This document shows, in pieces, positions 19,238 through 28,607 of a DNA stretch of 32,000 nucleotides (the first letter of the stretch is position 1; each line of letters opens with the position of its first letter). The notes under the pieces are model-generated. The model made no database searches. It was not told where the DNA came from and worked only from the letters and a program-made list of their open reading frames with translations. This DNA is from Cyanothece sp. BG0011 (GTDB lineage: Bacteria; Cyanobacteriota; Cyanobacteriia; Cyanobacteriales; Microcystaceae): positions 23,943 through 55,942 of the forward strand of contig NZ_PRLH01000095.1 of the NCBI RefSeq assembly GCF_003013815.1, written 5' to 3'. A program made the translations under genes and the position numbers.

Positions 19238-20072
19238 TATCGTTTTTCTGTGGATTTTAAGATTATTAGCCTTAATCACAGGGATGATTGTCATTTTAAT
19301 TACTAGCTTCTTATTGCTCGAAGCATTACCCCTGCTACAACAAGTCGGATGGTTAAGGTTTGTCAGAGATCAAGCTTGGCACCCCGTTCAAGGACTCTAT
19401 AATTTAATGCCGATGTTGTGGGGAACCCTGTTAGTCACCTTGGGTTCTGTGCTGTTGGCCACCCCTTTAGGCATCGGTTCAGCCCTATTTTGTCAATATT
19501 ATGCCCCTCCATTCATAGGGAAAGGATATCGAGCCTTAATCGAGTTATTAGCCGGTATTCCCTCGGTGGTTTATGGGTTTTGGGGTTTAGTGGTGCTGGT
19601 GCCACTGATTGGCAAATGGCAACCCCCCGGCACTAGCTTATTAGCAGGAATTATTATTTTGACATTAATGATTTTGCCTACCATCGCCTTGACAGCAGAA
19701 GCCAGTTTTGCTGAAGTGCCGACAGAATATGTGCAAGGGGCGGCGGCTTTGGGACTTTCTCACTGGGCAACCATCCGAGGGGTTATTATACCGGCTGCCC
19801 AATCGGGTTTAGTGACAGGTTTAATTTTAGCAACAGGACGAGCAATAGGAGAAACCATGGCCGTGTTGATGGTGTGTGGCAATGTGGTACAAACCCCTAA
19901 GAGCTTATTTGACCCTGTTCGCACTTTGACGGCCAATATTGCCTTAGAGATGGCTTATGCCCTGGGAAATCATCGCTCAGCCTTGTTTGTTACTGGTTTA
20001 TTACTGATGATGCTGATTACTTTATTAATAGGGATTGCTGAAGGGATGAGTTGGAGCAAAGATTATGGGTAA
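19194..20072 (+). CDS. pstC: Phosphate ABC transporter permease PstC
   Basis: Multi-TM; LLAGIPSVVYGFWGLVVLVP, EASFAEVPTEYVQGAAALGLSHWATIRGVIIPAAQSGLVTGLILATGRAIGETMAVLMVCG. Start uncertain (track 19173); overlaps the pstS 3' end. Confidence 0.9.
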   Translation: MILFNNKILSPSQNDIVFLWILRLLALITGMIVILITSFLLLEALPLLQQVGWLRFVRDQAWHPVQGLYNLMPMLWGTLLVTLGSVLLATPLGIGSALFCQYYAPPFIGKGYRALIELLAGIPSVVYGFWGLVVLVPLIGKWQPPGTSLLAGIIILTLMILPTIALTAEASFAEVPTEYVQGAAALGLSHWATIRGVIIPAAQSGLVTGLILATGRAIGETMAVLMVCGNVVQTPKSLFDPVRTLTANIALEMAYALGNHRSALFVTGLLLMMLITLLIGIAEGMSWSKDYG

Positions 20073-20158
20073 ACTCACATCTTGCACCAGCATAAATAAA
20101 CTCAATAGAAAAACAAAAACAATGAATTCTAAGACAGTTAGAGTCAAAATAAACCTTT

Positions 20159-20179
20159 ACACCCTACACCCTACACCCT
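20159..20179. repeat. Heptanucleotide tandem repeat (ACACCCT)x3 between pstC and pstA
   Basis: ACACCCTACACCCTACACCCT read directly. Confidence 0.85.
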
Positions 20180-20205
20180 TTCACTACTAGCCAATTTAAA
20201 ACAAG

Positions 20206-21060
20206 ATGCAAGATATGAGTAAACCTGCCAATCTTCAAATCAATTTACCCAGTCTTGTGGTTTGGGCGATCGCTTTGTTGATAACTGGGGCATTTGGTTG
20301 GATTTTAGGGGATATTCTTTGGCATGGAATCGGACAACTCTCTTGGGAATTTTTAACAACCGAACCTCGAAATGCAGGACGGGAGGGAGGGATTGCCCCG
20401 ATTCTGGTGTCTACGGCCTTAATCTTAGGGGTTTGCCTAGTCGTAGCCCTTCCCCTGGGGGTTGGTACGGCCATGTTCTTAGCTGAATTTACCCAGACTG
20501 AAAATCGCTTTGGCCGTTTAGTGGGTCGCAGTTTAGATATTTTAGCCGGAGTCCCCTCGATCGTGTTTGGTTTGTTTGGTAATGCTTTTTTTGCCATTCA
20601 ACTGGGATTAGGGTTTTCCATTTTGTCTGGGGGTTTGACCTTAGCTTGTATGGTATTACCCATTCTCATTCGCTCCACAGAAGCAGGATTTCGGGCGGTT
20701 CCCACTGACTATCGATTAGGGGCGGCAGCTTTGGGATTATCTCGAACCACGACTCTATGGAAATTATTATTACCGGCAGCGACACCAGGGTTAATGGTGG
20801 GTTTAGTGTTGGGCATTGGTCGAGCGATCGCAGAGACAGCGGCCTTGATTTTTACCAGTGGTTATGTAGATAGGATGCCAGGGTCATTATTGGATTCGGG
20901 GCGATCGCTTTCGATTCATATTTTTGATTTATCTATGAATGTGCCAGGGGGAGATGGGAATGCCTATGCTTCTGCGTTGGTGTTATTGATTTTATTGTTG
21001 CTGATCAATGGTACAGCTACCTGGATCGCACAATTTTGGTTAGCCAGGAGGTTTATATGA
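20206..21060 (+). CDS. pstA: Phosphate ABC transporter permease PstA
   Basis: LDILAGVPSIVFGLFGNAFF, GFRAVPTDYRLGAAALGLSRTTTLWKLLLPAATPGLMVGLVLGIGRAIAETAALIFTSG. True start may be the ATG at 20212 or 20218 rather than 20206. Confidence 0.9.
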   Translation: MQDMSKPANLQINLPSLVVWAIALLITGAFGWILGDILWHGIGQLSWEFLTTEPRNAGREGGIAPILVSTALILGVCLVVALPLGVGTAMFLAEFTQTENRFGRLVGRSLDILAGVPSIVFGLFGNAFFAIQLGLGFSILSGGLTLACMVLPILIRSTEAGFRAVPTDYRLGAAALGLSRTTTLWKLLLPAATPGLMVGLVLGIGRAIAETAALIFTSGYVDRMPGSLLDSGRSLSIHIFDLSMNVPGGDGNAYASALVLLILLLLINGTATWIAQFWLARRFI

Positions 21061-21842
21061 GAGAAAATCGGCCATCTTTACCTTCAATGCAAACAGAGCA
21101 ACTGAGCTTATCTTACGGTAACAAAGTCGCTTTTACGGACATCACCTTGCCCATTGAAGCCGGAAAAATTACTGCTTTGGTAGGGCCGTCTGGCTGTGGA
21201 AAGAGTAGTTTTTTGAGTTGTTTAAATCGTCTCACTGATTTGATCCCCAATACTAAAGTGTCGGGGAGCATTCGCTTAGATTCCCTAGAAATTTTAGATA
21301 ATACCCTAGATTTAATCGCCCTACGACGGCGAGTCGGGACGATTTTTCAAAAACCCAATCCGTTTCCCTTTTCCATTTGGAAAAATTTAGCCTTTCCGTT
21401 ACAAGAACACGGCATCAAAAACCGTGAGCAACTCGATAGCATCATTGAAACCACCCTGAAAGAGGTGGGACTGTGGAACGAAGTCAAAGATCGACTTAAA
21501 ACCTCTGCCTTATCCTTATCTGGGGGACAAAAGCAACGGTTGTGTATGGCTCGTGCTTTGGTGTTGCAACCGGAAGTCTTACTATTAGATGAACCTTGTA
21601 GCGCACTCGATCCCATTGCCAGTGGGGTGGTAGAGGATTTAATTGCCAGTTTGCGAGGGCATTATACGGTGGTGATTGTCACCCATAACCTAGCACAAGC
21701 CAGACGAATGGGTGACTATGCTGCTCTGTTTTGGGTACAAGAAGCAGTCGGTCAACTCATTGAGTATGGAACCATCGAACAAATTTTCTTAGATCCTCGA
21801 CACCCTTTAACCACTGCCTATGTGAATGGGGTTCGAGGGTAG
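21057..21842 (+). CDS. pstB: Phosphate ABC transporter ATP-binding protein PstB
   Basis: Walker A GPSGCGKS, signature LSGGQKQR, Walker B VLLLDEPCSALDP, IEQIFLDPRHPLTTAYVNG. ATGA overlap with the pstA stop at 21057-21060. Confidence 0.93.
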   Translation: MRENRPSLPSMQTEQLSLSYGNKVAFTDITLPIEAGKITALVGPSGCGKSSFLSCLNRLTDLIPNTKVSGSIRLDSLEILDNTLDLIALRRRVGTIFQKPNPFPFSIWKNLAFPLQEHGIKNREQLDSIIETTLKEVGLWNEVKDRLKTSALSLSGGQKQRLCMARALVLQPEVLLLDEPCSALDPIASGVVEDLIASLRGHYTVVIVTHNLAQARRMGDYAALFWVQEAVGQLIEYGTIEQIFLDPRHPLTTAYVNGVRG

Positions 21843-21907
21843 TCAAGAAACTAAATGTCTGTCAATGACATCTTTACTACTATAGCTAAAGTCTAAGTTA
21901 TATTCCT

Positions 21908-22987
21908 ATGGGTAACTATCATTCTGATCAACCGATTCAACCTGAGTTTGAGCCACACTTAGGGGATATCGACCCCCGCACCACAGAAACCCTTAACCCT
22001 GACATTGTTATCGACTCAAACCAAAATGAAACCGAAGAATCATCAGAAATTGCAGAAATTTCTATTGTCGAAGAAGCTGATCTTCCTTTGACCCATGACT
22101 GGTTTAACTTGGCTCGTAAATTACGGGGACAAAATCGAGAACTCCTCGATACCATTGTCACCCTAGAACAAGCTTTGGCTGAGTCACGACAACAACTGCA
22201 AGACTATCAAGAGCGATCGCGTCATCATAACGCTTTGCTATCCCAGCAAACCGCCCAACTTCAAAGCACCCAAGCCGAAAATAGTCATCTCCTCGAACAA
22301 CTACAAACCTCTCAAACTTGTCTACAACAACAGCAACTGAACCTAGACGCACTACAACAACAATTACAAGCCTCTCAAGAAGCCTTCGCTCAGTTAGAAC
22401 GAGAATGTGCCTTACTCAAAGAGGAAACCCTACAAAATAAACATCAGTTAGTTCTCAAAGAAAGACACATTAACGAGTTACAGCAACGCCTACAACGACA
22501 ACAACGCTACAGTTTACAGTACAAAGCCGCCTTAGATGAATGTTTGAGTAGTCATGGAAAAAAACGACCATCAGCCCAAGTTAACTCTACGGTTGAGCGT
22601 CCAACGGCTCCTAATGTGGTTTCTATTCAACCTTGGTCTGATTCTCCAGACAAGAAAATAGTGCCTAGTCTTACCCCTTCTTCTGTGGCATCAGAAGCCT
22701 CAAAACCGACCTCTGATGCCATTGATGACACTTTAGAAGAGTTATTTTCCCTCACCCCTGAACCCAAACCAGAGCCGACTCCGACGGATGAGCAAACCAT
22801 AACCGAGGAACCCACTCCCATGGATAGCCAAGAAAATAGTAGCCTTGAGGATCAGACGGCTACTTCTTCAAAGGGTTTATTAATGAGTAGTTCGGTGCCT
22901 TTTAGTTTCAGTATTGACCGTCATCGTAAAGAAGATGCTGCTAGGGAAAAGGTGGATTTACCTTCTTTTCTTCGTCGTCAATCTTAA
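21908..22987 (+). CDS. Uncharacterised coiled-coil protein with low-complexity acidic/Ser-Thr-Pro C-terminal region
   Basis: 359 aa; long Gln/Leu-rich coiled coil (LVTLEQALAESRQQLQDYQERSRHHNALLSQQTAQLQ...). Confidence 0.75.
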   Translation: MGNYHSDQPIQPEFEPHLGDIDPRTTETLNPDIVIDSNQNETEESSEIAEISIVEEADLPLTHDWFNLARKLRGQNRELLDTIVTLEQALAESRQQLQDYQERSRHHNALLSQQTAQLQSTQAENSHLLEQLQTSQTCLQQQQLNLDALQQQLQASQEAFAQLERECALLKEETLQNKHQLVLKERHINELQQRLQRQQRYSLQYKAALDECLSSHGKKRPSAQVNSTVERPTAPNVVSIQPWSDSPDKKIVPSLTPSSVASEASKPTSDAIDDTLEELFSLTPEPKPEPTPTDEQTITEEPTPMDSQENSSLEDQTATSSKGLLMSSSVPFSFSIDRHRKEDAAREKVDLPSFLRRQS

Positions 22988-22992
22988 AGCGG

Positions 22993-24144
22993 TTAATTGC
23001 CTAAGACTTGAGCGGCCGCAGCCATTCCTGCCCCAGATTTCGCCCCTTGATCCCCTAACCTTTCTAAGGTGGCTTCTAAGGCAGCGATCGCCGTTAAAAC
23101 GTCTCGCTCGCTGACAAATCCTAAATGACCAATGCGGAAGATTTTCCCTTTGAGGTGATCTTGTCCCCCGGCTAAAGCAATATCAAATTGTTTTCTCATG
23201 GTGGACCGAATGGCCTCGGCTTCAACGGTAGAGGGCATCACCGCCGTTACTGCATGGCTGGCTGCGTCATCGGGGGCAAATAAACCTAATCCTAACCCTC
23301 TGGCTGCTGCACGGGTGGCCTGGGTTAACCGTTGATGACGGGTAAACATAGCCTCTAACCCTTCAGCTTTCATCATTTCTAAGGCCACTTTTAACCCGAA
23401 CATCAGATTAATGGGAGGGGTAAAGGGTGAACTGTTTTTATCTGTGGCTTTTTTGTAAGTGCCTAAATCTAAATAAAACTTAGGTAAGGTTGCTGTTTCG
23501 TAGGCTTTCCACGCTTTGGGGCTAACGGCTACAAATCCTAACCCTGGCGGAATCATATAGCCTTTTTGGGAGCCAGAGGCCACCATATCCAGTCCCCATT
23601 CATCTACTGGTACACTGACGGCCCCTAAACTGGTTACGGCATCCACCATGATTAAGGCTTCCCCGTGGGCTTTGACATGGGTGTTAATGGTTTGTAGGTC
23701 GTTGAGAACCCCGGTCGAGGTTTCAGAATGGGTGATAATGACGGCTTTGATGGTTTTTTCGGTATCCGCTTCTAATTTTGCTTTAAAGGCTTCGGGATCA
23801 AGGGCTTTACCCCATTCTGCGGTGATTTCTTCCACTTCTAATCCGAAGGCGCGAGCAATTTTTCCCCAACGTTCCCCGAATTTTCCGTTGTTACCCACTA
23901 AAACGCGATCGCCGGCACTCAAGAAATTAATAATTCCTGCTTCCATGGCCCCGGTGCCACTAGCGGTTAACATCAGTACATCGTTTTGGGTTTGATGCAG
24001 CCATTTGAGGTTTTCGGTAATTTCCCCGATAATTTGGCTAAAGTCCCCACTACGATGGCCGATCGGGTGTTTGGCCATGGCTAATAGGACACTTTCAGGG
24101 ACAGGGGTTGGCCCTGGAATCATGAGCATATGTTTATCTTGCAT
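22993..24144 (-). CDS. Serine/alanine-glyoxylate aminotransferase-family PLP enzyme (often labelled soluble hydrogenase 42 kDa subunit in cyanobacteria)
   Basis: MLMIPGPTPVPESVLLAMAKHPIGHRSGDF, LTASGTGAMEAGI, VDAVTSLGAVSVPVDEWGLDMVASGSQKGYMIPPGL. Confidence 0.92.
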   Translation of the reverse strand: MQDKHMLMIPGPTPVPESVLLAMAKHPIGHRSGDFSQIIGEITENLKWLHQTQNDVLMLTASGTGAMEAGIINFLSAGDRVLVGNNGKFGERWGKIARAFGLEVEEITAEWGKALDPEAFKAKLEADTEKTIKAVIITHSETSTGVLNDLQTINTHVKAHGEALIMVDAVTSLGAVSVPVDEWGLDMVASGSQKGYMIPPGLGFVAVSPKAWKAYETATLPKFYLDLGTYKKATDKNSSPFTPPINLMFGLKVALEMMKAEGLEAMFTRHQRLTQATRAAARGLGLGLFAPDDAASHAVTAVMPSTVEAEAIRSTMRKQFDIALAGGQDHLKGKIFRIGHLGFVSERDVLTAIAALEATLERLGDQGAKSGAGMAAAAQVLGN

Positions 24145-24387
24145 TACTGTTTGTCTCCTGCTTGTTTTTCTAAATCAATTATCCCCTGTAGAATCGACAT
24201 GAGGATAGTGGCTTCACAGGGAGTCCAACCTATCAGTTTACCCTGTCCCTTTCCAGACTAAAAAAATCCTTGTCTGTTATGGCTTTTTTTAAGCTTTAAT
24301 TCAGATTTTATCTATAGTAATGTTATATTGAGTCTTGGCCTTTTAATGTCTTTTCGTACGGCTCAAAGAAAAAATTCGGAACGCGTA

Positions 24388-25041
24388 ATGGAAATCAAAT
24401 TTAATTCAGGACAAGTCAGTTTAATAACCATCACTCCCAATGCTGAAAAATTAATCGCTTATTGTGCTAGAGTTAGCAGTAAAAATCAAGAGAATCCTAA
24501 GATAGAAAAATTACTAAGATATTGTCTTAAACATGGTCATTGGTCAATTTTTGAACAAGCATCTATGACGGTGGAAATACAATGTCCTCTTGCGATTGCT
24601 ATTCAAATTTTAAGACACCGATCGTTCTGTTTCCAACAATTTAGTAAGAGATATCAAGAAGTAGAAAAAGATAATTTTGCTTATTTACCAGAAATCAGAT
24701 TACAAGATTATAAAAATAGACAAAACAGTATTATTCCTGACAATGATGAGTTACAGAACAAATACAACGAAAAAATTAGCAAGTTATATGATGACATTTT
24801 TAACCTTTATAAAGAAATGATTGAGGATGGTGTAGCCAAAGAATGCGCCCGTTTTGTGTTACCTGAATCAGTGATGACTAAACTGTATATGACGGGTAAT
24901 ATTCGCAGTTTTATTCATTATCTTCAAGTTCGGACTTCCAATGATGCACAAAAAGAACATAGAGAGGTTGCTAATGCTGTGGGTGAAATCTTAAAAAAAG
25001 AATGTCCGATTATTTGGAATGCTGCTTTTGAGGGAGTTTAA
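24388..25041 (+). CDS. thyX: Flavin-dependent thymidylate synthase ThyX
   Basis: RHRX7S motif as RHRSFCFQQFSKRYQE; ARFVLPESVMTKLYMTGNIRSFIHYLQVR. ATG at 24388 (MEIKFNSGQ) preferred over the upstream track start 24328. Confidence 0.94.
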   Translation: MEIKFNSGQVSLITITPNAEKLIAYCARVSSKNQENPKIEKLLRYCLKHGHWSIFEQASMTVEIQCPLAIAIQILRHRSFCFQQFSKRYQEVEKDNFAYLPEIRLQDYKNRQNSIIPDNDELQNKYNEKISKLYDDIFNLYKEMIEDGVAKECARFVLPESVMTKLYMTGNIRSFIHYLQVRTSNDAQKEHREVANAVGEILKKECPIIWNAAFEGV

Positions 25042-25077
25042 GAAACTGTTCCTAAAGAAACCATAACAATAAACTTT

Positions 25078-25142
25078 GTAGGGTGGGCAAGGTTTTCAAG
25101 GATGAAGTTAGTTTAGAAAAGTTTTTGACTTGCCCATCCTAC
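25078..25142. repeat. Stem-loop intergenic repeat, arms GTAGGGTGGGCAAG / CTTGCCCATCCTAC (13/14 complementary)
   Basis: Arms at 25078-25091 and 25129-25142, located between thyX and dut. Confidence 0.8.
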
Positions 25143-25188
25143 CATCTACCGTCTTAAAATTCTATTTATCAACAGTCTCTAAACAATC

Positions 25189-25617
25189 ATGAAATTAAAA
25201 ATAAAACGATTAAACGAGAATGCGATTCTACCCAACTATGCTCATTCTGATGATTCAGGAATGGACTTATTTTCGATTGAAGAAATAGCCATAAAACCAG
25301 GAACCCAAGAACTGATTAAAACGGGAATAGCTATAGAATTACCCGAAAATACAGAGGCACAAATTAGGCCCAGAAGTGGATTAGCTTTAAAACATGGTAT
25401 TACGGTATTAAATACACCTGGAACCATCGATCAAGGCTATCGCGGAGAAATTGGTGTTATTTTAATTAATCATAGTAACCTCACCTTTTTTATTGAAACA
25501 GGGATGAAAATTGCTCAATTAATTATTATGCCGGTTATTCGATGCGAAATTGAAGAAGTCCAAGAATTATCAATAACTCAAAGAAATGAAGGGGGTTTTG
25601 GTTCAACAGGTGTTTGA
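25189..25617 (+). CDS. dut: dUTP diphosphatase (dUTPase)
   Basis: 142 aa; [50 protein letters not shown]-terminal NEGGFGSTG. Confidence 0.95.
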   Translation: MKLKIKRLNENAILPNYAHSDDSGMDLFSIEEIAIKPGTQELIKTGIAIELPENTEAQIRPRSGLALKHGITVLNTPGTIDQGYRGEIGVILINHSNLTFFIETGMKIAQLIIMPVIRCEIEEVQELSITQRNEGGFGSTGV

Positions 25618-25686
25618 TTTTTTAGGCAGTAGGAAACGAGGAATTAATAATTAACTATTGCCCATTCCCCGTTCCCTGTTCCCTCT

Positions 25687-26895
25687 TTAAATATCTTCGG
25701 GATTAACCGGAAAATAGAACTCAATTCCTTGATCAATTAAATGTTGATTATTAGCTAAAATTTCTTTCTTGAAGTTCCAAGCTAATACATAATAAATGTC
25801 AGGAAGTTCTGTTAATTCTTTTTCGATAATAATAGGAATGTGCATTCCAGGTGAATAAAGTCCGCGTCTGAGTTCATTTTTTTCGACTAAATAATCAAGG
25901 TATTGTGTCCCTACACCGAAGTAATTTAACATAGTATTACCTTTCACCGGTGCGCCAAAACCCCACACAGTTTTACCTTCTTTTTTAGCCTTATCTAAGT
26001 AGGCTAAGTTATCAGCTTTCATCTGTTCAATACGTTTCGCAAAGTCTAGATAAGTGGAGAATTCATTGCTTTTTTCGTCTACTTCTGCTTGACGCATTTG
26101 TTGTAAGCGATCGCTTGGTTTTTTCTGTCCTTGATGAGTGACAAACCCAATAATAGATCCACCGTGAATGGGAGATAAATAAGCATCAAACATGGCTAAA
26201 CCATGACGATTTAATAAGACTTCAATGGTGTTTAAGTTGTAATATAAAAGATGTTCGTGATAGATTTGATCAAAGGCTAAATTATCAACAATGCGCTTCA
26301 TATAAAGGAATTGAACCACAAAAACACCATTATCAGTTAAAGCTTCTCTTATTCCTTCAGTCACAGAATGTAACTCTTCTAAATGGAAAAAGACACCGGC
26401 TGCATTGATAGCATGAAATTTGCGATCGAGGCGTTTAACCACCTCTAAATTAAAGAAATCATTAACCGTGGGAACCCCTGCTGCTTCGGCTATTTTTGCA
26501 GTGGTTTTTGAAGATTCTACCCCTAAGACATCATACCCCAAGGCTTGAAAATGTTTCAGTTGTGTTCCATCATTTGAACCAATATCTAAAACAGACTTAT
26601 TAGGGGTATCTTTAAAGAAACGATCATCCACTTCATGGGCAACATTTTTAAAGTGTTCACTGAGGGATTTTGTCACCCCAGACAGATAGGTATGATCCCC
26701 AAACATGATCTCTTTTTTAACGGTATAATCTAACTGTACCGTTCCACAATCATGACAGTATAAAACCCGTAAAGGATAAAAGGGTTCTTTTCCTACTTCT
26801 TCAGGTTTTAAGAAATTATTACACCAGGGTTGATGTCCTAAATCAATCGCTAATTCTAAGTTAGTCGAATCACAAACACGACAAATAGTATTCAA
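25687..26895 (-). CDS. Zinc-binding class I SAM-dependent methyltransferase, NDP-hexose C-methyltransferase-like
   Basis: N-terminal CRVCDSTNLELAIDLGHQPWCNNFL...YCHDCGTVQL, VLDIGSNDGTQLKHFQALG, C-terminal VWGFGAPVKGNTMLNYFG. Confidence 0.88.
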   Translation of the reverse strand: MNTICRVCDSTNLELAIDLGHQPWCNNFLKPEEVGKEPFYPLRVLYCHDCGTVQLDYTVKKEIMFGDHTYLSGVTKSLSEHFKNVAHEVDDRFFKDTPNKSVLDIGSNDGTQLKHFQALGYDVLGVESSKTTAKIAEAAGVPTVNDFFNLEVVKRLDRKFHAINAAGVFFHLEELHSVTEGIREALTDNGVFVVQFLYMKRIVDNLAFDQIYHEHLLYYNLNTIEVLLNRHGLAMFDAYLSPIHGGSIIGFVTHQGQKKPSDRLQQMRQAEVDEKSNEFSTYLDFAKRIEQMKADNLAYLDKAKKEGKTVWGFGAPVKGNTMLNYFGVGTQYLDYLVEKNELRRGLYSPGMHIPIIIEKELTELPDIYYVLAWNFKKEILANNQHLIDQGIEFYFPVNPEDI

Positions 26896-26984
26896 GGTTA
26901 AAGTTTCCTCCCGGTTAATTAGTTATGTCTTCAATTATTAAAACATTTCGTTGGCATTTTCTCCAATTCCTCATTCTGTATAGT

Positions 26985-28553
26985 TTATATATTTTCTAAA
27001 GATTGATAATAATCTGTGAAAATTTTTTCAAATACTTGAGGATCTTGGCGACTGAAATAGGGGACTTTAATCAATTTTGTTTGTGTTTCATTGGTTACAT
27101 AACTATCATAAGTTTCTTGAGGTACTTTCTCCATAAGCACCGTTTTATCCCCTAAAGATAACTGAATTTTTGAATCTCTATCATAATAGTTAACTTGATA
27201 ACCTTCTAAGCGAAGATATAAACTACTAAAAGTCCAAATCCATTGTTCAGTGGCTATATTATCGTCTTTATCTAAGTAAATAGCGGTGACATTTTTATCT
27301 GGTTTTTCTAGTGCTTTGGCCATCTGACGAGCAAATTTTATAGGAGGATGTAAGCTATCAATTTGAGCTTGACGAACTTTATTATATCCTGTTAAATAAG
27401 CCCCGGATACTCTCGGACCATCGTGGGTTGCTGTATAGGTAGGTTCAGGAGTAATCGCAATAAATGGAATATGGTTAAGGATGTGAATGGAAACAATTTG
27501 TAGACAAACACTCAAAGCAATAAACGTCAAGGATATTCCTTGAAATTGTTTTTTAGTTAATTTATCTTTAATTTCTAAAGCCATCCTAGCCAAAATAAAG
27601 GGGAGAAAGATTATCCCAGGAATCAAGTATTTCGGACTGGTTAATGTCGGTAATGGATATAAAATAATCAGACTAGATACTATTAATATAAGGGGTTTCC
27701 ATTGTTTAGATTTAATACTTTGAATAACAAAATAAATCAAAGCAATGATTAATAAAAACCAAATTAGCAAATTAGTAATTGTCCATAGGTTAGCCCAGGA
27801 TTCAGCCATTGTCCAGTTGGCCGCTCCTTCTTCGTGGCTTTTAGCTATGTTAATTAACTGCTGGGGGTTAAAAATATCAGTTAACCAAAAGATGCCTAGA
27901 AGAACAAAACTTGAACCAGCATAGATACCATAGTTTTTAAACCTTTGTTTTAGGGATTTATCAAACAGCATTAAGCCCCAAATCAAGGGAAAAGCCAAAA
28001 CAAAATCAAAGCGAAAAAATATCGCTGTCGTTAAGGTAATTCCTAAGATAAAATAGCGAATATTGTTCCAAAGTTGTATGGATTTTAGAGGACTTTTTTG
28101 CCAAAATAAAAATAGTGAGGCAATAGCCATAGGAACCATGGCATAGACGGTAGAATTATAATAGAGTCCAGAAAAAAATAGTTCAGGAAAAACAATTAAA
28201 AACGAAAAACAAAGAATTATATTCAGACGTTTTTGAGCAAATAAATAAACCGCCGTTAAGAGAATAAAGATATTCGTAGCCCCTAAAATTTGAGGTATAA
28301 TAAATAAAAGTTTCGGTTGATCAAGCCAATTCATCAACCCAAGATTCACTTCATAGGTTAAAGGTTGCCAATAGTATCGATAAACTAAATCTTTTCCTTT
28401 ATAGGCAAAGTTAACTATCCCTTCTAATTGTTCAACGTCGTCTCCTTCCCAACCGACGCGATCGCCAAAAAATAAAAATAAGGCGAGAAGTAAAACATAA
28501 AAAATAATCGACGACAATAAAACAGATTTTTTCGTTTTTAAATTAACATCCAT
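26985..28553 (-). CDS. Multi-TM glycosyltransferase-like membrane protein (GT39/PMT-like superfamily)
   Basis: 522 aa, about ten hydrophobic segments, N-terminal luminal loop with DVEQLEGIVNFAYKGKDLVYRYYWQPLTYEV typical of polyprenyl-sugar-dependent glycosyltransferases. Confidence 0.65.
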   Translation of the reverse strand: MDVNLKTKKSVLLSSIIFYVLLLALFLFFGDRVGWEGDDVEQLEGIVNFAYKGKDLVYRYYWQPLTYEVNLGLMNWLDQPKLLFIIPQILGATNIFILLTAVYLFAQKRLNIILCFSFLIVFPELFFSGLYYNSTVYAMVPMAIASLFLFWQKSPLKSIQLWNNIRYFILGITLTTAIFFRFDFVLAFPLIWGLMLFDKSLKQRFKNYGIYAGSSFVLLGIFWLTDIFNPQQLINIAKSHEEGAANWTMAESWANLWTITNLLIWFLLIIALIYFVIQSIKSKQWKPLILIVSSLIILYPLPTLTSPKYLIPGIIFLPFILARMALEIKDKLTKKQFQGISLTFIALSVCLQIVSIHILNHIPFIAITPEPTYTATHDGPRVSGAYLTGYNKVRQAQIDSLHPPIKFARQMAKALEKPDKNVTAIYLDKDDNIATEQWIWTFSSLYLRLEGYQVNYYDRDSKIQLSLGDKTVLMEKVPQETYDSYVTNETQTKLIKVPYFSRQDPQVFEKIFTDYYQSLENI

Positions 28554-28607
28554 AATTCAACTCAATTGCTTAATCCAAGCTCAGAAAATAGACGATTCTC
28601 CTAATTT

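Noticed and set aside
18367-22821. Small alternate-frame and antisense ORFs in the pst operon and coiled-coil gene
   Set aside because: Fully overlapped by supported genes with clear family motifs.
23648-24202. Plus-strand ORFs antisense to the aminotransferase (23648..23995, 24005..24202)
   Set aside because: Shadow ORFs with no domain-like sequence.
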